Positions 6,829 through 16,175 of a stretch of DNA of 51,055 bases are shown here, piece by piece; within the stretch, counting starts at the first letter, position 1, and every line of letters starts with the position of its first letter. The translations under genes were made by a program, and so were the position numbers. Source of the stretch: a virus. Its lineage: Duplodnaviria; Caudoviricetes. The stretch is taken from IMG/VR virus record IMGVR_UViG_3300024249_000008, positions 1-51,055 of that record, one strand, 5' to 3'. The notes below the pieces were generated by a model, which saw only the letters and a program-made list of their open reading frames with translations, made no database searches and was not told the origin of the DNA.

Positions 6829-9362
6829 TAGACACCTCTGAAGTCATCATTCGCTATAATCCTCGTGGCTCTGCTCGTGATATCTTCAAAATGCGTGATC
6901 CTGAGCTAATTTTGTCAGGGCCAGCCGGGACGGGCAAGAGCAGATCAATTATTGAAAAGCTGCACTTAGCTGCATTAAAGTATCCCAACGCTCGTATTCT
7001 CATGCTTCGTAAGACACGACGCTCATTGACTGAAAGCGGTATGGTTACGTATTGGGAAAAGATACGTCCTGATCTTGATGGTGTCCAGTGGAAGCCTTCA
7101 ATGCAGCAATATCAATACCCTAATGGCGCTATTATTGCGGTTGGTGGACTCGACAAACCATCAAAAATTATGTCGTCAGAGTGGGATATCATCTACTGTC
7201 AAGAATGTACAGAGTTAAATGAAAATGACTGGGAAGCTTGTAAGATACGACTTAGAAACGGGATTTTGCCGTATCAACAATTGCTAGGTGATTGCAATCC
7301 TGATTCATCGCAACACTGGATATTACTGAGAGCCAATGCAGGCCGATTGGTGATGTTGGAGTCAAAACATGAAGACAATCCAGTGTTGTTTAATGAGCAA
7401 GGCAATAGAACGCTTGAAGGTGATCGCTATCTTAGTATACTTGAGTCTCTGACAGGCGTACGACTTGCACGTTATCGGTATGGGATCTGGGCAAGCTCAG
7501 AGGGAATGGTATACCAGAATGAATGGTCAAGGGCCAATAATCTCATAGACCGATTTACCATACCTCGTACATGGGCTAGGTATCTCAGTATCGACATGGG
7601 CTATACAAATCCATTCGTGTGTCAATGGTTCGCTCAGGATGAGGACGGGAGATTATACCGATACAGGGAAATATACAAAACCCAAACGCTTGTAGAAGAT
7701 CATGCAAAACAAATAGCTCTTTCATCTGGTTGGCTTCATCTCTTACCTAAAAATCACCCGAATCATAGAGATAGACCTGCAGAGAATGCTGACCCATTGC
7801 CACGCGCTATTATTGTAGATCACGACCCGGAAGATTATCGGACGCTTGAGCGGTATTTAGGTTTATATACAACGCCTGCAAAAAAATCAGTGAGTGATGG
7901 TATCCAGGCAGTTGCTACGCGCTTACGCCCTGCAGGTGATGGGAAACCTCGACTCTTTTTTTTACGTGACTCCCTAGTTGAACGTGATCAGAATCTAGCT
8001 GCAAGAAAAAAGCCTACTTGTTTTGAGGAAGAAATTGAAAGTTACGTCTTCAAACAGGGAAGTGATGGATCAAAAGAGGAACCTGTAAAAGAAAATGACC
8101 ACGCATGTCTTGTCTCTGGAACGCTTATAACAACCAATCATGGTGATGTGCCAATAGAACATATACGAGCAGGTGATTATGTCCTAACTCGTACTGGATA
8201 TAGAAGAGTCAAGGCTGCTGGAATGACTGCTAGAGATGCAGAAGTTTATACTATGCAACTATCTGATGGTAGAACATTAACAGGTACAGGAAACCATCCT
8301 ATATATCTAAATAAGTGTAAGTATATCCCATTGCATTCTGTAAGTTATGGTGATATAATAGAGGATATCAAACCGTACTTTGACCAGTACACAGAAAGGT
8401 ATCCTCTATTATGCCAAAGTTTACAACAAAAAGAGTTGAGACCGTTGTTTACAAAGGGATTACATTTAGACGCTATCCCCAATCACCTAATTGGTCAGAT
8501 CGAAACTATTATCGTCCAGGTTCTACGGACATTCTGCAAGGGGTTGGTGCACTCCATCAAGAAATCTGGAAAGATGCTTATGGACCTATTCCAGAAGGGT
8601 GCCATATTCACCACAGAGACGAAAATCCGTCAAATAATGACTTGGCAAATCTCGAATGTCTCACTTCTGAAGAGCATTCAAGATACCATGCAGCAAAACT
8701 ATCAGATGAGCAGAGGGAGTGGAAGAGGGCACACATTGAAGAGATACGCCCTCTTGCGTCTGCTTGGCATAAATCAGAAGAAGGTAAAGCATGGCATAAG
8801 GTCATTGGTGCAATGGCTTATGATAATGCAGAGTATAGAACATATACCTGTGAGTATTGCGGAAACGAATTTCAATCACGTGATTTCAGACCAGACCATG
8901 TACGATTTTGCTCAAGCAACTGCAAGGCTTATGCACGCAAGAAGTCGGGTGTGGATGACATTGCGTCCATCTGTGGGCAATGTGGACAGGAATTCATCCA
9001 CAATAAATATGTCAAGGCTAAATTTTGTTCACAGGAATGTTCTCGAAAATCGCGTTACCCTGCCCCAATCTATGAGACGCGGGTATGTCCAATTTGCAAT
9101 GGATCATTTACAGCAAGAGACTATAGCAAGCAGAAATATTGCTCAAGAACCTGCACAAGTCGTAGCCGTCTCTTCAATAAGCAAAAACAATAATCGTCAG
9201 GATGTTTACAATTTGACTGTGGAAGTTGATACCGTTAGTGAAGGTGAGTACTTTGCTAACGGTATCCTTGTGCATAATTGTGATACTACGAGGTACATGG
9301 TTGCACATCTGGATTTGCAACCAAATACAGTTTCGTATTTTCGGGGTGGGATTTGGAAATGA
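6825..9362 (+). CDS. terL: terminase large subunit (PBSX-like) containing an intein; 454 aa after splicing
   Basis: Walker A GPAGTGKS; DCNP; nuclease IDMGYTNP; splicing restores NDHA-CDTTRY (NDHxxDxxRY motif). Confidence 0.95.
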   Translation: MIDTSEVIIRYNPRGSARDIFKMRDPELILSGPAGTGKSRSIIEKLHLAALKYPNARILMLRKTRRSLTESGMVTYWEKIRPDLDGVQWKPSMQQYQYPNGAIIAVGGLDKPSKIMSSEWDIIYCQECTELNENDWEACKIRLRNGILPYQQLLGDCNPDSSQHWILLRANAGRLVMLESKHEDNPVLFNEQGNRTLEGDRYLSILESLTGVRLARYRYGIWASSEGMVYQNEWSRANNLIDRFTIPRTWARYLSIDMGYTNPFVCQWFAQDEDGRLYRYREIYKTQTLVEDHAKQIALSSGWLHLLPKNHPNHRDRPAENADPLPRAIIVDHDPEDYRTLERYLGLYTTPAKKSVSDGIQAVATRLRPAGDGKPRLFFLRDSLVERDQNLAARKKPTCFEEEIESYVFKQGSDGSKEEPVKENDHACLVSGTLITTNHGDVPIEHIRAGDYVLTRTGYRRVKAAGMTARDAEVYTMQLSDGRTLTGTGNHPIYLNKCKYIPLHSVSYGDIIEDIKPYFDQYTERYPLLCQSLQQKELRPLFTKGLHLDAIPNHLIGQIETIIVQVLRTFCKGLVHSIKKSGKMLMDLFQKGAIFTTETKIRQIMTWQISNVSLLKSIQDTMQQNYQMSRGSGRGHTLKRYALLRLLGINQKKVKHGIRSLVQWLMIMQSIEHIPVSIAETNFNHVISDQTMYDFAQATARLMHARSRVWMTLRPSVGNVDRNSSTINMSRLNFVHRNVLENRVTLPQSMRRGYVQFAMDHLQQETIASRNIAQEPAQVVAVSSISKNNNRQDVYNLTVEVDTVSEGEYFANGILVHNCDTTRYMVAHLDLQPNTVSYFRGGIWK
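8331..8412 (+). promoter_or_regulatory. internal promoter and start-masking hairpin for the nested HNH gene
   Basis: TTGCAT (8331-36)-17 bp-TATAAT (8354-59) with TG extension; perfect 13-bp IR ATAATAGAGGATA (8355-67)/TATCCTCTATTAT (8400-12) pairing the AT of the start codon; AGAAAGG RBS. Confidence 0.8.
8411..9193 (+). CDS. HNH homing endonuclease with C-terminal Zn-finger repeats, nested out of frame inside the intein
   Basis: LHQEIW...GPIPEGCHIHHRDENPSNNDLANLECL...EH (HNH_3-type); three CxxC...(F/Y)CSxxC modules; own RBS and promoter. Confidence 0.92.
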   Translation: MPKFTTKRVETVVYKGITFRRYPQSPNWSDRNYYRPGSTDILQGVGALHQEIWKDAYGPIPEGCHIHHRDENPSNNDLANLECLTSEEHSRYHAAKLSDEQREWKRAHIEEIRPLASAWHKSEEGKAWHKVIGAMAYDNAEYRTYTCEYCGNEFQSRDFRPDHVRFCSSNCKAYARKKSGVDDIASICGQCGQEFIHNKYVKAKFCSQECSRKSRYPAPIYETRVCPICNGSFTARDYSKQKYCSRTCTSRSRLFNKQKQ

Positions 9363-9374
9363 GGAGGTGGAACA

Positions 9375-9641
9375 ATGCGACTCTTTGGCATCAAATGTGA
9401 AGTATGCTGTCACAAACACATGCAATCTGGCGATATGTGGAAACACGATAGAAGAATCCCTAATGGTTGGCTGCTTGTCTTTAATGGCGACCCACAAGAG
9501 ACAGAACCATATCATTTTTGCTCGGTTGAATGCTTACATGCATGGACAGAACGATCTATGAAGAGCAATCCAGCGTCAAAGTCATTTGATCCTGACGTGA
9601 TACTTGCAGAACAAATCAAGGTGAAAACAGCACTACTTTAG
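9375..9641 (+). CDS. small Zn-binding hypothetical protein
   Basis: CEVC...FCSVEC; GAGGAGG RBS. Confidence 0.7.
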   Translation: MRLFGIKCEVCCHKHMQSGDMWKHDRRIPNGWLLVFNGDPQETEPYHFCSVECLHAWTERSMKSNPASKSFDPDVILAEQIKVKTALL

Positions 9642-9678
9642 AGCGAATAGAGATAGATAGTAGGGAGGTGGAAGAGGA

Positions 9679-11187
9679 ATGATAGCACCAACGCAGATCA
9701 ACAATAACACTAATCAGTTAACATCAATGACCATAGCATCGCTTGCGCAAGCACCAACACCACAAGTTGATGTTGAGCGTAAGCACAAGATGCATGAAGC
9801 AATGAAAGCCTACGAGGGTGACTTTCCCAAACCTCTCAAAATCTCCCCAAATCAGCCTGACGACAACGCTATTGTTAACAAAATGCGTACTATTGTCGAG
9901 AAGGGCGTAGCATTCTTATTTGGTCCTGAGCTTGGCATCGAAGCAACTGACGAAACAACATCATCAGCTAAAGACTCTCCGATACAAGACTTTGTTGAAG
10001 GTCTTTGGGGTGACAACGATCAGAAAATGACGCTACTTTCAAAGGTTGCGACGAATGGCGGCTTATTTGGTCAGACATTTGTAAAACTCATTCCAGCACA
10101 GTCAACGATGAAATATCCACGTTTGGTTAATCTGAATCCTTGTAACATTCGCATTGTTACCGATCCTGAAGACTGTGATCTTCATATTGCGTATGTGATT
10201 GAGTATCCAAGTGCCAATGACTGGCAAAAGAAGCAGATTATAGCCCGTGTTGATCCTGATGGATTAGCTGACACTACTGGACAGTATGATTTAGACGATA
10301 CCTGGACTATTGCTAATTATGTGCGTAAAGGTCAGGATAGCGCATGGATACAGGCGGGTACTCCTGTAGAGTGGCCTTATCCGTTTGCCCCTATTTTTAC
10401 CTGTCAGAATACCCCACGTCCTAATGATAACTGGGGTGATCCTGATCTTACAGAAAATCTTATCCATCAAAATAAAGTGCTTAACTTTCTGCTGTCTAAT
10501 CTTATTCGTATTGCAAAATATCATGCCCATCCTATCACCTACGCCACAGGTCTTAGCGCCTCACAGATACAGCTTGCTATAGATGATCTTATTTGCCTCC
10601 CATCACCAGAAAGCAAGATCGAAAAGCTAGCAGCAATGGATAACTTTGGCGGAGTGCTCCAAATCATTGCTAATGTGATGAGTAACATAGATGAGTCGTC
10701 ACATGTGCCGGGAGTCGCATTAGGACGACTAACAGACCTTCCTAAAGGTACAATCTCAGGTGTAGCATTACAACTGCTCTTTCAGCCTCTCATAGAGCGT
10801 ACAACGCAGAAGAGGCGATTATATGGCAGCATGATTAGAGACATTACACGAGCTGCTATGGTTGTGTCTAACATCATCCCTGTTGAACAATATGAAGACT
10901 ATCAAATTGATCTCCGGTGGGCTAACTTGCTCCCCATTGACGATTTAGCAGCCGCCCAAACCGCTCAACTGTTGCAAGCAATCGGTGTTTCACAATCAAC
11001 GTTAATGCAGCAATTAGGCTACGATCCTGATAGCGAGTCAGATAAGACAGACCAGGAAAATGCAAAGAAGGCAACAGCGTTTTCTCGTGGGCAAGGGATG
11101 CCTCCATCATTGCCTAACATGCAGCAACCATCACAAGCAATGCAGCAAGATAAGCAAATGGCTCATGAATCAGGGGAGGGACAGTAG
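9679..11187 (+). CDS. portal protein (SPP1 gp6-like)
   Basis: Size and position after terL; SGVALQLLF motif. Confidence 0.88.
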   Translation: MIAPTQINNNTNQLTSMTIASLAQAPTPQVDVERKHKMHEAMKAYEGDFPKPLKISPNQPDDNAIVNKMRTIVEKGVAFLFGPELGIEATDETTSSAKDSPIQDFVEGLWGDNDQKMTLLSKVATNGGLFGQTFVKLIPAQSTMKYPRLVNLNPCNIRIVTDPEDCDLHIAYVIEYPSANDWQKKQIIARVDPDGLADTTGQYDLDDTWTIANYVRKGQDSAWIQAGTPVEWPYPFAPIFTCQNTPRPNDNWGDPDLTENLIHQNKVLNFLLSNLIRIAKYHAHPITYATGLSASQIQLAIDDLICLPSPESKIEKLAAMDNFGGVLQIIANVMSNIDESSHVPGVALGRLTDLPKGTISGVALQLLFQPLIERTTQKRRLYGSMIRDITRAAMVVSNIIPVEQYEDYQIDLRWANLLPIDDLAAAQTAQLLQAIGVSQSTLMQQLGYDPDSESDKTDQENAKKATAFSRGQGMPPSLPNMQQPSQAMQQDKQMAHESGEGQ

Positions 11188-11388
11188 ATGATTATTGAGT
11201 ATCATTGCCCCGTCTGCGAAAACAAACCAACAACTTGCATCCCTATCCTATTCCCACGTAGACCGATCATTGTGCAATGCCCTTTCTGTTGGACAGAGGT
11301 TGAGATTGTTGCACGTCAACAACTAGCTGAGTTGAATGTGAAGGATGTCATGAAAGAAGTTGAAATGATTCTCTCAGGCAACAAGTAA
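11188..11388 (+). CDS. Zn-ribbon hypothetical protein
   Basis: CPVC...CPFC. Confidence 0.65.
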   Translation: MIIEYHCPVCENKPTTCIPILFPRRPIIVQCPFCWTEVEIVARQQLAELNVKDVMKEVEMILSGNK

Positions 11389-11463
11389 CTATAACAATTG
11401 TCAATATAGCATCAAAAATACCGGGTTGAGACAAAATAAACTTCGATGTAATGAGGTAGCGGA

Positions 11464-11937
11464 GTGGAAGAAGAGAAGAAACGTTATTACGGATATGCAC
11501 GCAACTTATTTCAATATGTTCCTCATTGGCATAAGCCAGTTGATGTAAACGCAGCTCATCTACAGAGCTTTACTAGTTTTAATGACAAGATAGCTCTGAC
11601 AGTAACAAGGTGGCTTGGTTCCATGTGGGCGGCGTATTTGTTCCTCTTACTTGCCATACTAGGCTTTCCTGGCTTACATGCTACTTTACCTGTCTATGTC
11701 CAGTGGACTAGTCAAACACTCGTGCAATTGGTTGCATTGGCTGTACTTGGCAATGGACAACAGATCGCAGATAGGCATACTCAACTACGATCTGAGGAAC
11801 AATTCAATTTTATCCAGAAGTCATATGATGACACTGAGCAAATGAAACAGCATCTTTTGAGGATAGAAGCAAAGTTGGGAGGAAGAGACAATGAAGGGCA
11901 AGATCACACCACAAGACCACTACCACCAGCAGCCTAA
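11464..11937 (+). CDS. DUF1003-like membrane protein
   Basis: FNDKIALTVTRWLGSMW, two TM segments, coiled-coil tail. Confidence 0.65.
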   Translation: MEEEKKRYYGYARNLFQYVPHWHKPVDVNAAHLQSFTSFNDKIALTVTRWLGSMWAAYLFLLLAILGFPGLHATLPVYVQWTSQTLVQLVALAVLGNGQQIADRHTQLRSEEQFNFIQKSYDDTEQMKQHLLRIEAKLGGRDNEGQDHTTRPLPPAA

Positions 11938-12352
11938 ACCGATCCTGCATCATGCTATGAGACTCATTCTCGTTTCTTACAACAATCGCAAGAAACACGG
12001 TGCAAAGCCTTTAATCAATAAGAAGGTAGAAGGCGCTATATCATCCAAAGGTGAAGTGGTTCTATTCTCTGAGGAACTACCACAGAAGGGCTATAGAAGC
12101 CTGATCGAGATGAATAATGTTCTGGGAGAATATGGGGATGTTGTAGTTGACTACATCGATAAAGGTACTCAAGACGCAATACCTAATCTCTCATTGCTTA
12201 CTAAGATTGTGTTACGTGATCTTATTCAGGGTGGATTACACGAGCATAAAGTACATGACTTGATTTGGTATTACGCTTCTAAGTATAGAGACGGTGACAC
12301 AGAGCAAGAACTAAAAAATCTGATGGCATGGCTAGAGAGTGAGGAAGCATGA
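11891..12352 (+). CDS. hypothetical protein
   Basis: ORF with RBS in the operon. Confidence 0.6.
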   Translation: MKGKITPQDHYHQQPKPILHHAMRLILVSYNNRKKHGAKPLINKKVEGAISSKGEVVLFSEELPQKGYRSLIEMNNVLGEYGDVVVDYIDKGTQDAIPNLSLLTKIVLRDLIQGGLHEHKVHDLIWYYASKYRDGDTEQELKNLMAWLESEEA

Positions 12353-12540
12353 GCAATTATTTGGATGCAATTATACCTGATGGTACTATGATTTTTCTTG
12401 CTCAACTTTCACCTGAGAACATGCAAGAACTAGAGGCAATGATACGACGTGTTGTGGCTGAAGAGTTGGCAAAAGTGTTGCCAGAGGAAGACCAGGAAGA
12501 AGAGATAGAACCTGAATCGCCATATATTGGGAGAGATTAG
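12349..12540 (+). CDS. hypothetical acidic protein
   Basis: ATGA overlap, GAGG RBS. Confidence 0.6.
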   Translation: MSNYLDAIIPDGTMIFLAQLSPENMQELEAMIRRVVAEELAKVLPEEDQEEEIEPESPYIGRD

Positions 12541-13121
12541 TGAACACACTTTTTGAGCAGTACGACAACATAGAGAAACCAATGAAGAGTAACGAATGGT
12601 ACTCCCCTACTAAGTATGTTGATGCTGCAAGGGAAGTGATGGGGGCAATTGATCTTGATCCAGCTAGTTGTGAGATGGCTAACAGGACAGTTAAGGCTAC
12701 GCGATACTATACACAGGTTGATAATGGATTAATACAGCCTTGGTATGGTCGTGTATGGTGTAATCCTCCATATGGAAAGATATATGGTACTGAAGGAACT
12801 ACTTCATTTGTTTCAAAGCTTATACAAGAATACAAACAAGGAAACATACAACAAGCAATCATTTTAACGATGATGGGTATGTATGCTAATTGGTTTTTCA
12901 GACTATTAGAGTATCACGTTTGTTTCCTAGAAGAGAAACCTATTTTTTATCGTCCAGATGGAACAAATGGAAAACTAGGTTTTGCTGCATGTTGTACCTA
13001 TCTTGGTTCTAATGAGACCAAATTCATCGAAGTCTTCAGCCAATTTGGGCGCATTGCTAAAGCCATAGACATCCCCAAGCCAAAGATAACGCCTCTCAGC
13101 TTATGGGAGGTGTCAGCATGA
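12540..13121 (+). CDS. phage DNA N6-adenine methyltransferase
   Basis: EWYSP, IDLDPAS, VWCNPPYG motifs. Confidence 0.88.
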   Translation: MNTLFEQYDNIEKPMKSNEWYSPTKYVDAAREVMGAIDLDPASCEMANRTVKATRYYTQVDNGLIQPWYGRVWCNPPYGKIYGTEGTTSFVSKLIQEYKQGNIQQAIILTMMGMYANWFFRLLEYHVCFLEEKPIFYRPDGTNGKLGFAACCTYLGSNETKFIEVFSQFGRIAKAIDIPKPKITPLSLWEVSA

Positions 13122-14155
13122 GTCGTATTCAAGCAATCACCCAACAGTACAGAAAACAACTACTAGCACGTGAGGCTCAAGCAGTCAAAACGCTAGAGGC
13201 TTCGTACGCTCACACACTGGCAACCATTCAACCACAACTAGACAAGTTGTACAAAGAGATTGCAGACAAACAAGCCAATGGTGAGACTGTACCGCTATCT
13301 TATCTCTATGAGCAGCGAAGGCTTCAAGCACTCAAGGCATTTATCACAAAACAAATCAATCAATATGCAATGCTAGGTTTGACGCAGACAGGACAACTAC
13401 AACACGTAGGAGCAATGCTAGGGCAGCAATCAGCACAAGCCATGTTACAAGCATCCAAACCACCTTCTATTAAATATTCTTTCGGTGTACCTAGTCCAGA
13501 GGCAATTACTAACATGGTTGGTGTAACTCAGTCTGGAAGTCCATTATCTGATCTGTTCAATGGATTTGGTGAAGAAGCTGCTAATGGTGCTAGCAAGGCA
13601 CTGATAACAGGGGTATCACTTGGCTGGAATCCACGTAGGATAGCGCCACAGATAGAGCAGGCGCTAGGAGTGTCACGCAATAGAGCATTAGTGATTTCGA
13701 GGACTGAATGCTTACGAGCATACAGATCAATGCAATTCGCTAATTATCAAGCAAACAGTGATGTACTCGATGGATGGGTTTGGGTTTGTGCATTGACAAA
13801 GAATTCATGTGCTGCATGTGTGGCAATGCATGGAAGCCAGCATCCATTATCGGAGGAACTTCAAGATCATCCCTGTGGACGCTGTGCTGCTGTTCCATTG
13901 ACTAAATCATGGTCAGATATCCTCGGTCCATTAGGAGTCAACACTGATAGCATACCAGATACTAGTATCAATATACCTAGTGGATCTGATTGGTTTGATA
14001 ACCAGGATGAGGATACACAAAAGGCGATATTAGGGAACAAGTATCAGGCATTCAAAAATGGTGATTTTGATTTATCCGATGTGATCCATGTTCACAATGA
14101 TCCCGATTGGGGTAAATCTATAAGTGAAAAGCCACTCAAGGCATTAGTAAAATAA
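13118..14155 (+). CDS. MuF/SPP1 gp7-like minor head protein
   Basis: RALVISRTE, CAACVAMHG, HPCGRC motifs. Confidence 0.88.
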   Translation: MSRIQAITQQYRKQLLAREAQAVKTLEASYAHTLATIQPQLDKLYKEIADKQANGETVPLSYLYEQRRLQALKAFITKQINQYAMLGLTQTGQLQHVGAMLGQQSAQAMLQASKPPSIKYSFGVPSPEAITNMVGVTQSGSPLSDLFNGFGEEAANGASKALITGVSLGWNPRRIAPQIEQALGVSRNRALVISRTECLRAYRSMQFANYQANSDVLDGWVWVCALTKNSCAACVAMHGSQHPLSEELQDHPCGRCAAVPLTKSWSDILGPLGVNTDSIPDTSINIPSGSDWFDNQDEDTQKAILGNKYQAFKNGDFDLSDVIHVHNDPDWGKSISEKPLKALVK

Positions 14156-14163
14156 GGAGATTC

Positions 14164-14403
14164 ATGCAAAAACCACCTGAGCAACCTCAATTTCCAATGA
14201 CGAACGCAAACGTTACCCCAGACGGTGTAGTACTCAGCATACTACTTGCACCAAATTTTCAGTTTACAACGATTCTCAACAATGAAATGATTGATGAGAT
14301 TTACCATAAATCGAAAGAGACGCGCAAGCAAGCCAAGGCTAATCTTGAAATTGTTCGCAACACGGATATTGTCAGAAACATCAACAGTAAACGAGGAGGC
14401 TGA
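14164..14403 (+). CDS. hypothetical protein
   Basis: AAGGAG RBS. Confidence 0.6.
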   Translation: MQKPPEQPQFPMTNANVTPDGVVLSILLAPNFQFTTILNNEMIDEIYHKSKETRKQAKANLEIVRNTDIVRNINSKRGG

Positions 14404-14404
14404 A

Positions 14405-14593
14405 ATGATCAAATCACTAGTAGTTGCTAGTATCGCTATGTTGTCGCTTATCTTATTTGCAGGTGGACCACCTTCTAAGGGTACTCCACCTGCAAATAAG
14501 ACTGAAAGAAAACAAACCAGGGGCAAGCAAGCCAAAGACTATCAAGCCTGTGGTAACACAACCACCAAAGAAAGGATAGCCCATGACAAATAA
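14405..14593 (+). CDS. small protein with an N-terminal hydrophobic/signal segment
   Basis: GAGGAGG RBS; MIKSLVVASIAMLSLILFAGG. Confidence 0.5.
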   Translation: MIKSLVVASIAMLSLILFAGGPPSKGTPPANKTERKQTRGKQAKDYQACGNTTTKERIAHDK

Positions 14594-14768
14594 ACCATCG
14601 AAACCTAGCCGTGATGCCGACATGCGCAAAACGGCAAGCAGAAAGCAATATGGAACCGTAGACAATCGAAATAAGGTTGTACCATCTCATCTGCCTCATC
14701 CTAAGAGTATGCAATCAAAGGAGGAAGCTAAAGTTGACAACACTCAAAATGACAACACTCAAAAATAG
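14583..14768 (+). CDS. small basic hypothetical protein
   Basis: AAAGGA RBS. Confidence 0.5.
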   Translation: MTNKPSKPSRDADMRKTASRKQYGTVDNRNKVVPSHLPHPKSMQSKEEAKVDNTQNDNTQK

Positions 14769-14961
14769 GCCAACTATGGTCATCTCACATATCGAAAACA
14801 TGGCAACTAGCGATCTGTATGTCCAATGCCGTTTAGCCAATGGCGAAGATGGCTATGTGTCACTTAGCGAGATTGTAGCGATCGTAGGGCGTGAGTTAGC
14901 ACATGAGGTACGTGTTGCAACTGGCATAAGACAGGAGGCTAACAATGGCATCGACAAGTAA
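14734..14961 (+). CDS. hypothetical protein
   Basis: AAGGAGG before TTG 14734; 15-bp tandem repeat at the start. Confidence 0.55.
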   Translation: MTTLKMTTLKNRPTMVISHIENMATSDLYVQCRLANGEDGYVSLSEIVAIVGRELAHEVRVATGIRQEANNGIDK

Positions 14962-15268
14962 ACCTTGGGATGGGTCGGCTTCTCGCTGGCCTGATACTGC
15001 TAGTTTCTGTGATAGTTGTGCGTACAATGGCAATACTGGCGATAGGGCCGATTGGGTACAGGCACAATGTAAGCTACCATTCAAGGAACCTAACGGTGAT
15101 ATCAATACCAATGCATTAGGTGCTGCAAGTGCAGCTTTAGCAGGGGCAAGAGGCGGATTAGTTGGCATGAGTTCCGCAGACAAAAAGAAAGCGGCAAAGA
15201 AACTTATAAGCGCTTATTCCTCCTGTCAGATGGACCCACCTGATTCGCTCAAGAAGATAGCAGGCTAA
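14945..15268 (+). CDS. conserved head-module protein
   Basis: WDGSASRW...CKLPFKEPNG...GARGG pattern; lies just before the scaffold gene. Confidence 0.7.
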   Translation: MASTSKPWDGSASRWPDTASFCDSCAYNGNTGDRADWVQAQCKLPFKEPNGDINTNALGAASAALAGARGGLVGMSSADKKKAAKKLISAYSSCQMDPPDSLKKIAG

Positions 15269-15334
15269 TAGAAATACAGATGTATCAATGTAAAGTCAAC
15301 CTATTGTAAATATTAGAATTTAGGATTATACTTA

Positions 15335-16087
15335 ATGGAAAGTACAACAACAACTGAAGCAACCAATGATGAGACATCAACTACTTCAGTTCCTCAACAG
15401 TCCGAGACGGACATAACAACTACGCAAGATTCTACTCAAGTCACATCTGACGAGACGACAGATAATCAGCAACAACAACCATCACTTGATACGCTGCAAG
15501 CTCAGATTAAGCGCATGGAAACGGCGCTTAAAAAGGCTAACACTGAAGCTAAGAACTATCGGCTGGAGGCTACTGAACTCAAAAAGTTCAAAGAGCAGGT
15601 TGAAGCCGAAAAGTTGACAGAACAGGAAAAGCAAGAAATTGCCAGGAAAACACTAGAACAGAAGCTTGCTGAATCGCAAAAACTCTACAATGATACAGTC
15701 CTTGAGAAACAGGAGATCAGAGTGAGGCACGCGCTACAACTACAAGCTGCAAAACTAGGTGTTGAGCCTGATGTAGCTGAAAAATTGATTGATCGTGCTG
15801 AAATTGAACATGATGAGGACGGCAACCCTACCAACATACAGACGTTGCTAGCTGATCTAATCAAATCGAAGCCGTATCTAGTCAAGTCAAATGGTAGGCA
15901 AGCATCTACAAGTGGTGGGGCTACCAATCCTCCCAGGTCGACAACAAGCGCAGCAAGTACGGCGTCTGAGTATATCAAGCGGATGGAACAAGGCAAACTG
16001 AGCGATAGTGAGTATAGTATTCTGCCAGCCTCTATGAAACATGAGATTCAGGCAGAGTTGATCAAGACTCGCTCTCGACACAGATAA
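15335..16087 (+). CDS. capsid scaffolding protein
   Basis: T/acidic N-terminus, coiled coil, KPYL motif; immediately upstream of the capsid gene. Confidence 0.8.
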   Translation: MESTTTTEATNDETSTTSVPQQSETDITTTQDSTQVTSDETTDNQQQQPSLDTLQAQIKRMETALKKANTEAKNYRLEATELKKFKEQVEAEKLTEQEKQEIARKTLEQKLAESQKLYNDTVLEKQEIRVRHALQLQAAKLGVEPDVAEKLIDRAEIEHDEDGNPTNIQTLLADLIKSKPYLVKSNGRQASTSGGATNPPRSTTSAASTASEYIKRMEQGKLSDSEYSILPASMKHEIQAELIKTRSRHR

Positions 16088-16175
16088 ACATAAATTAAAC
16101 ATAATCTTTTGTATCTCATGCTCAGGACACACTATAAAGTGCATCTTGTGCTTGGGATGATAGGAGACTACTCAA

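Larger units (their letters stand above)
8106..9278 (+). mobile_element. 391-aa intein in the TerL nuclease domain
   Basis: Block A CLVSGTLI; block B TGNHPI; block F VYNLTV; block G YFANGILVHN followed by +1 Cys. Confidence 0.95.

Noticed and set aside
8400-9200. Group I intron or assembly frameshift as the explanation for the nested HNH
   Set aside because: TerL frame is uninterrupted with intact intein blocks on both sides, no intron core is evident, and the HNH has its own promoter, RBS, start and stop. Read-level confirmation is still desirable.
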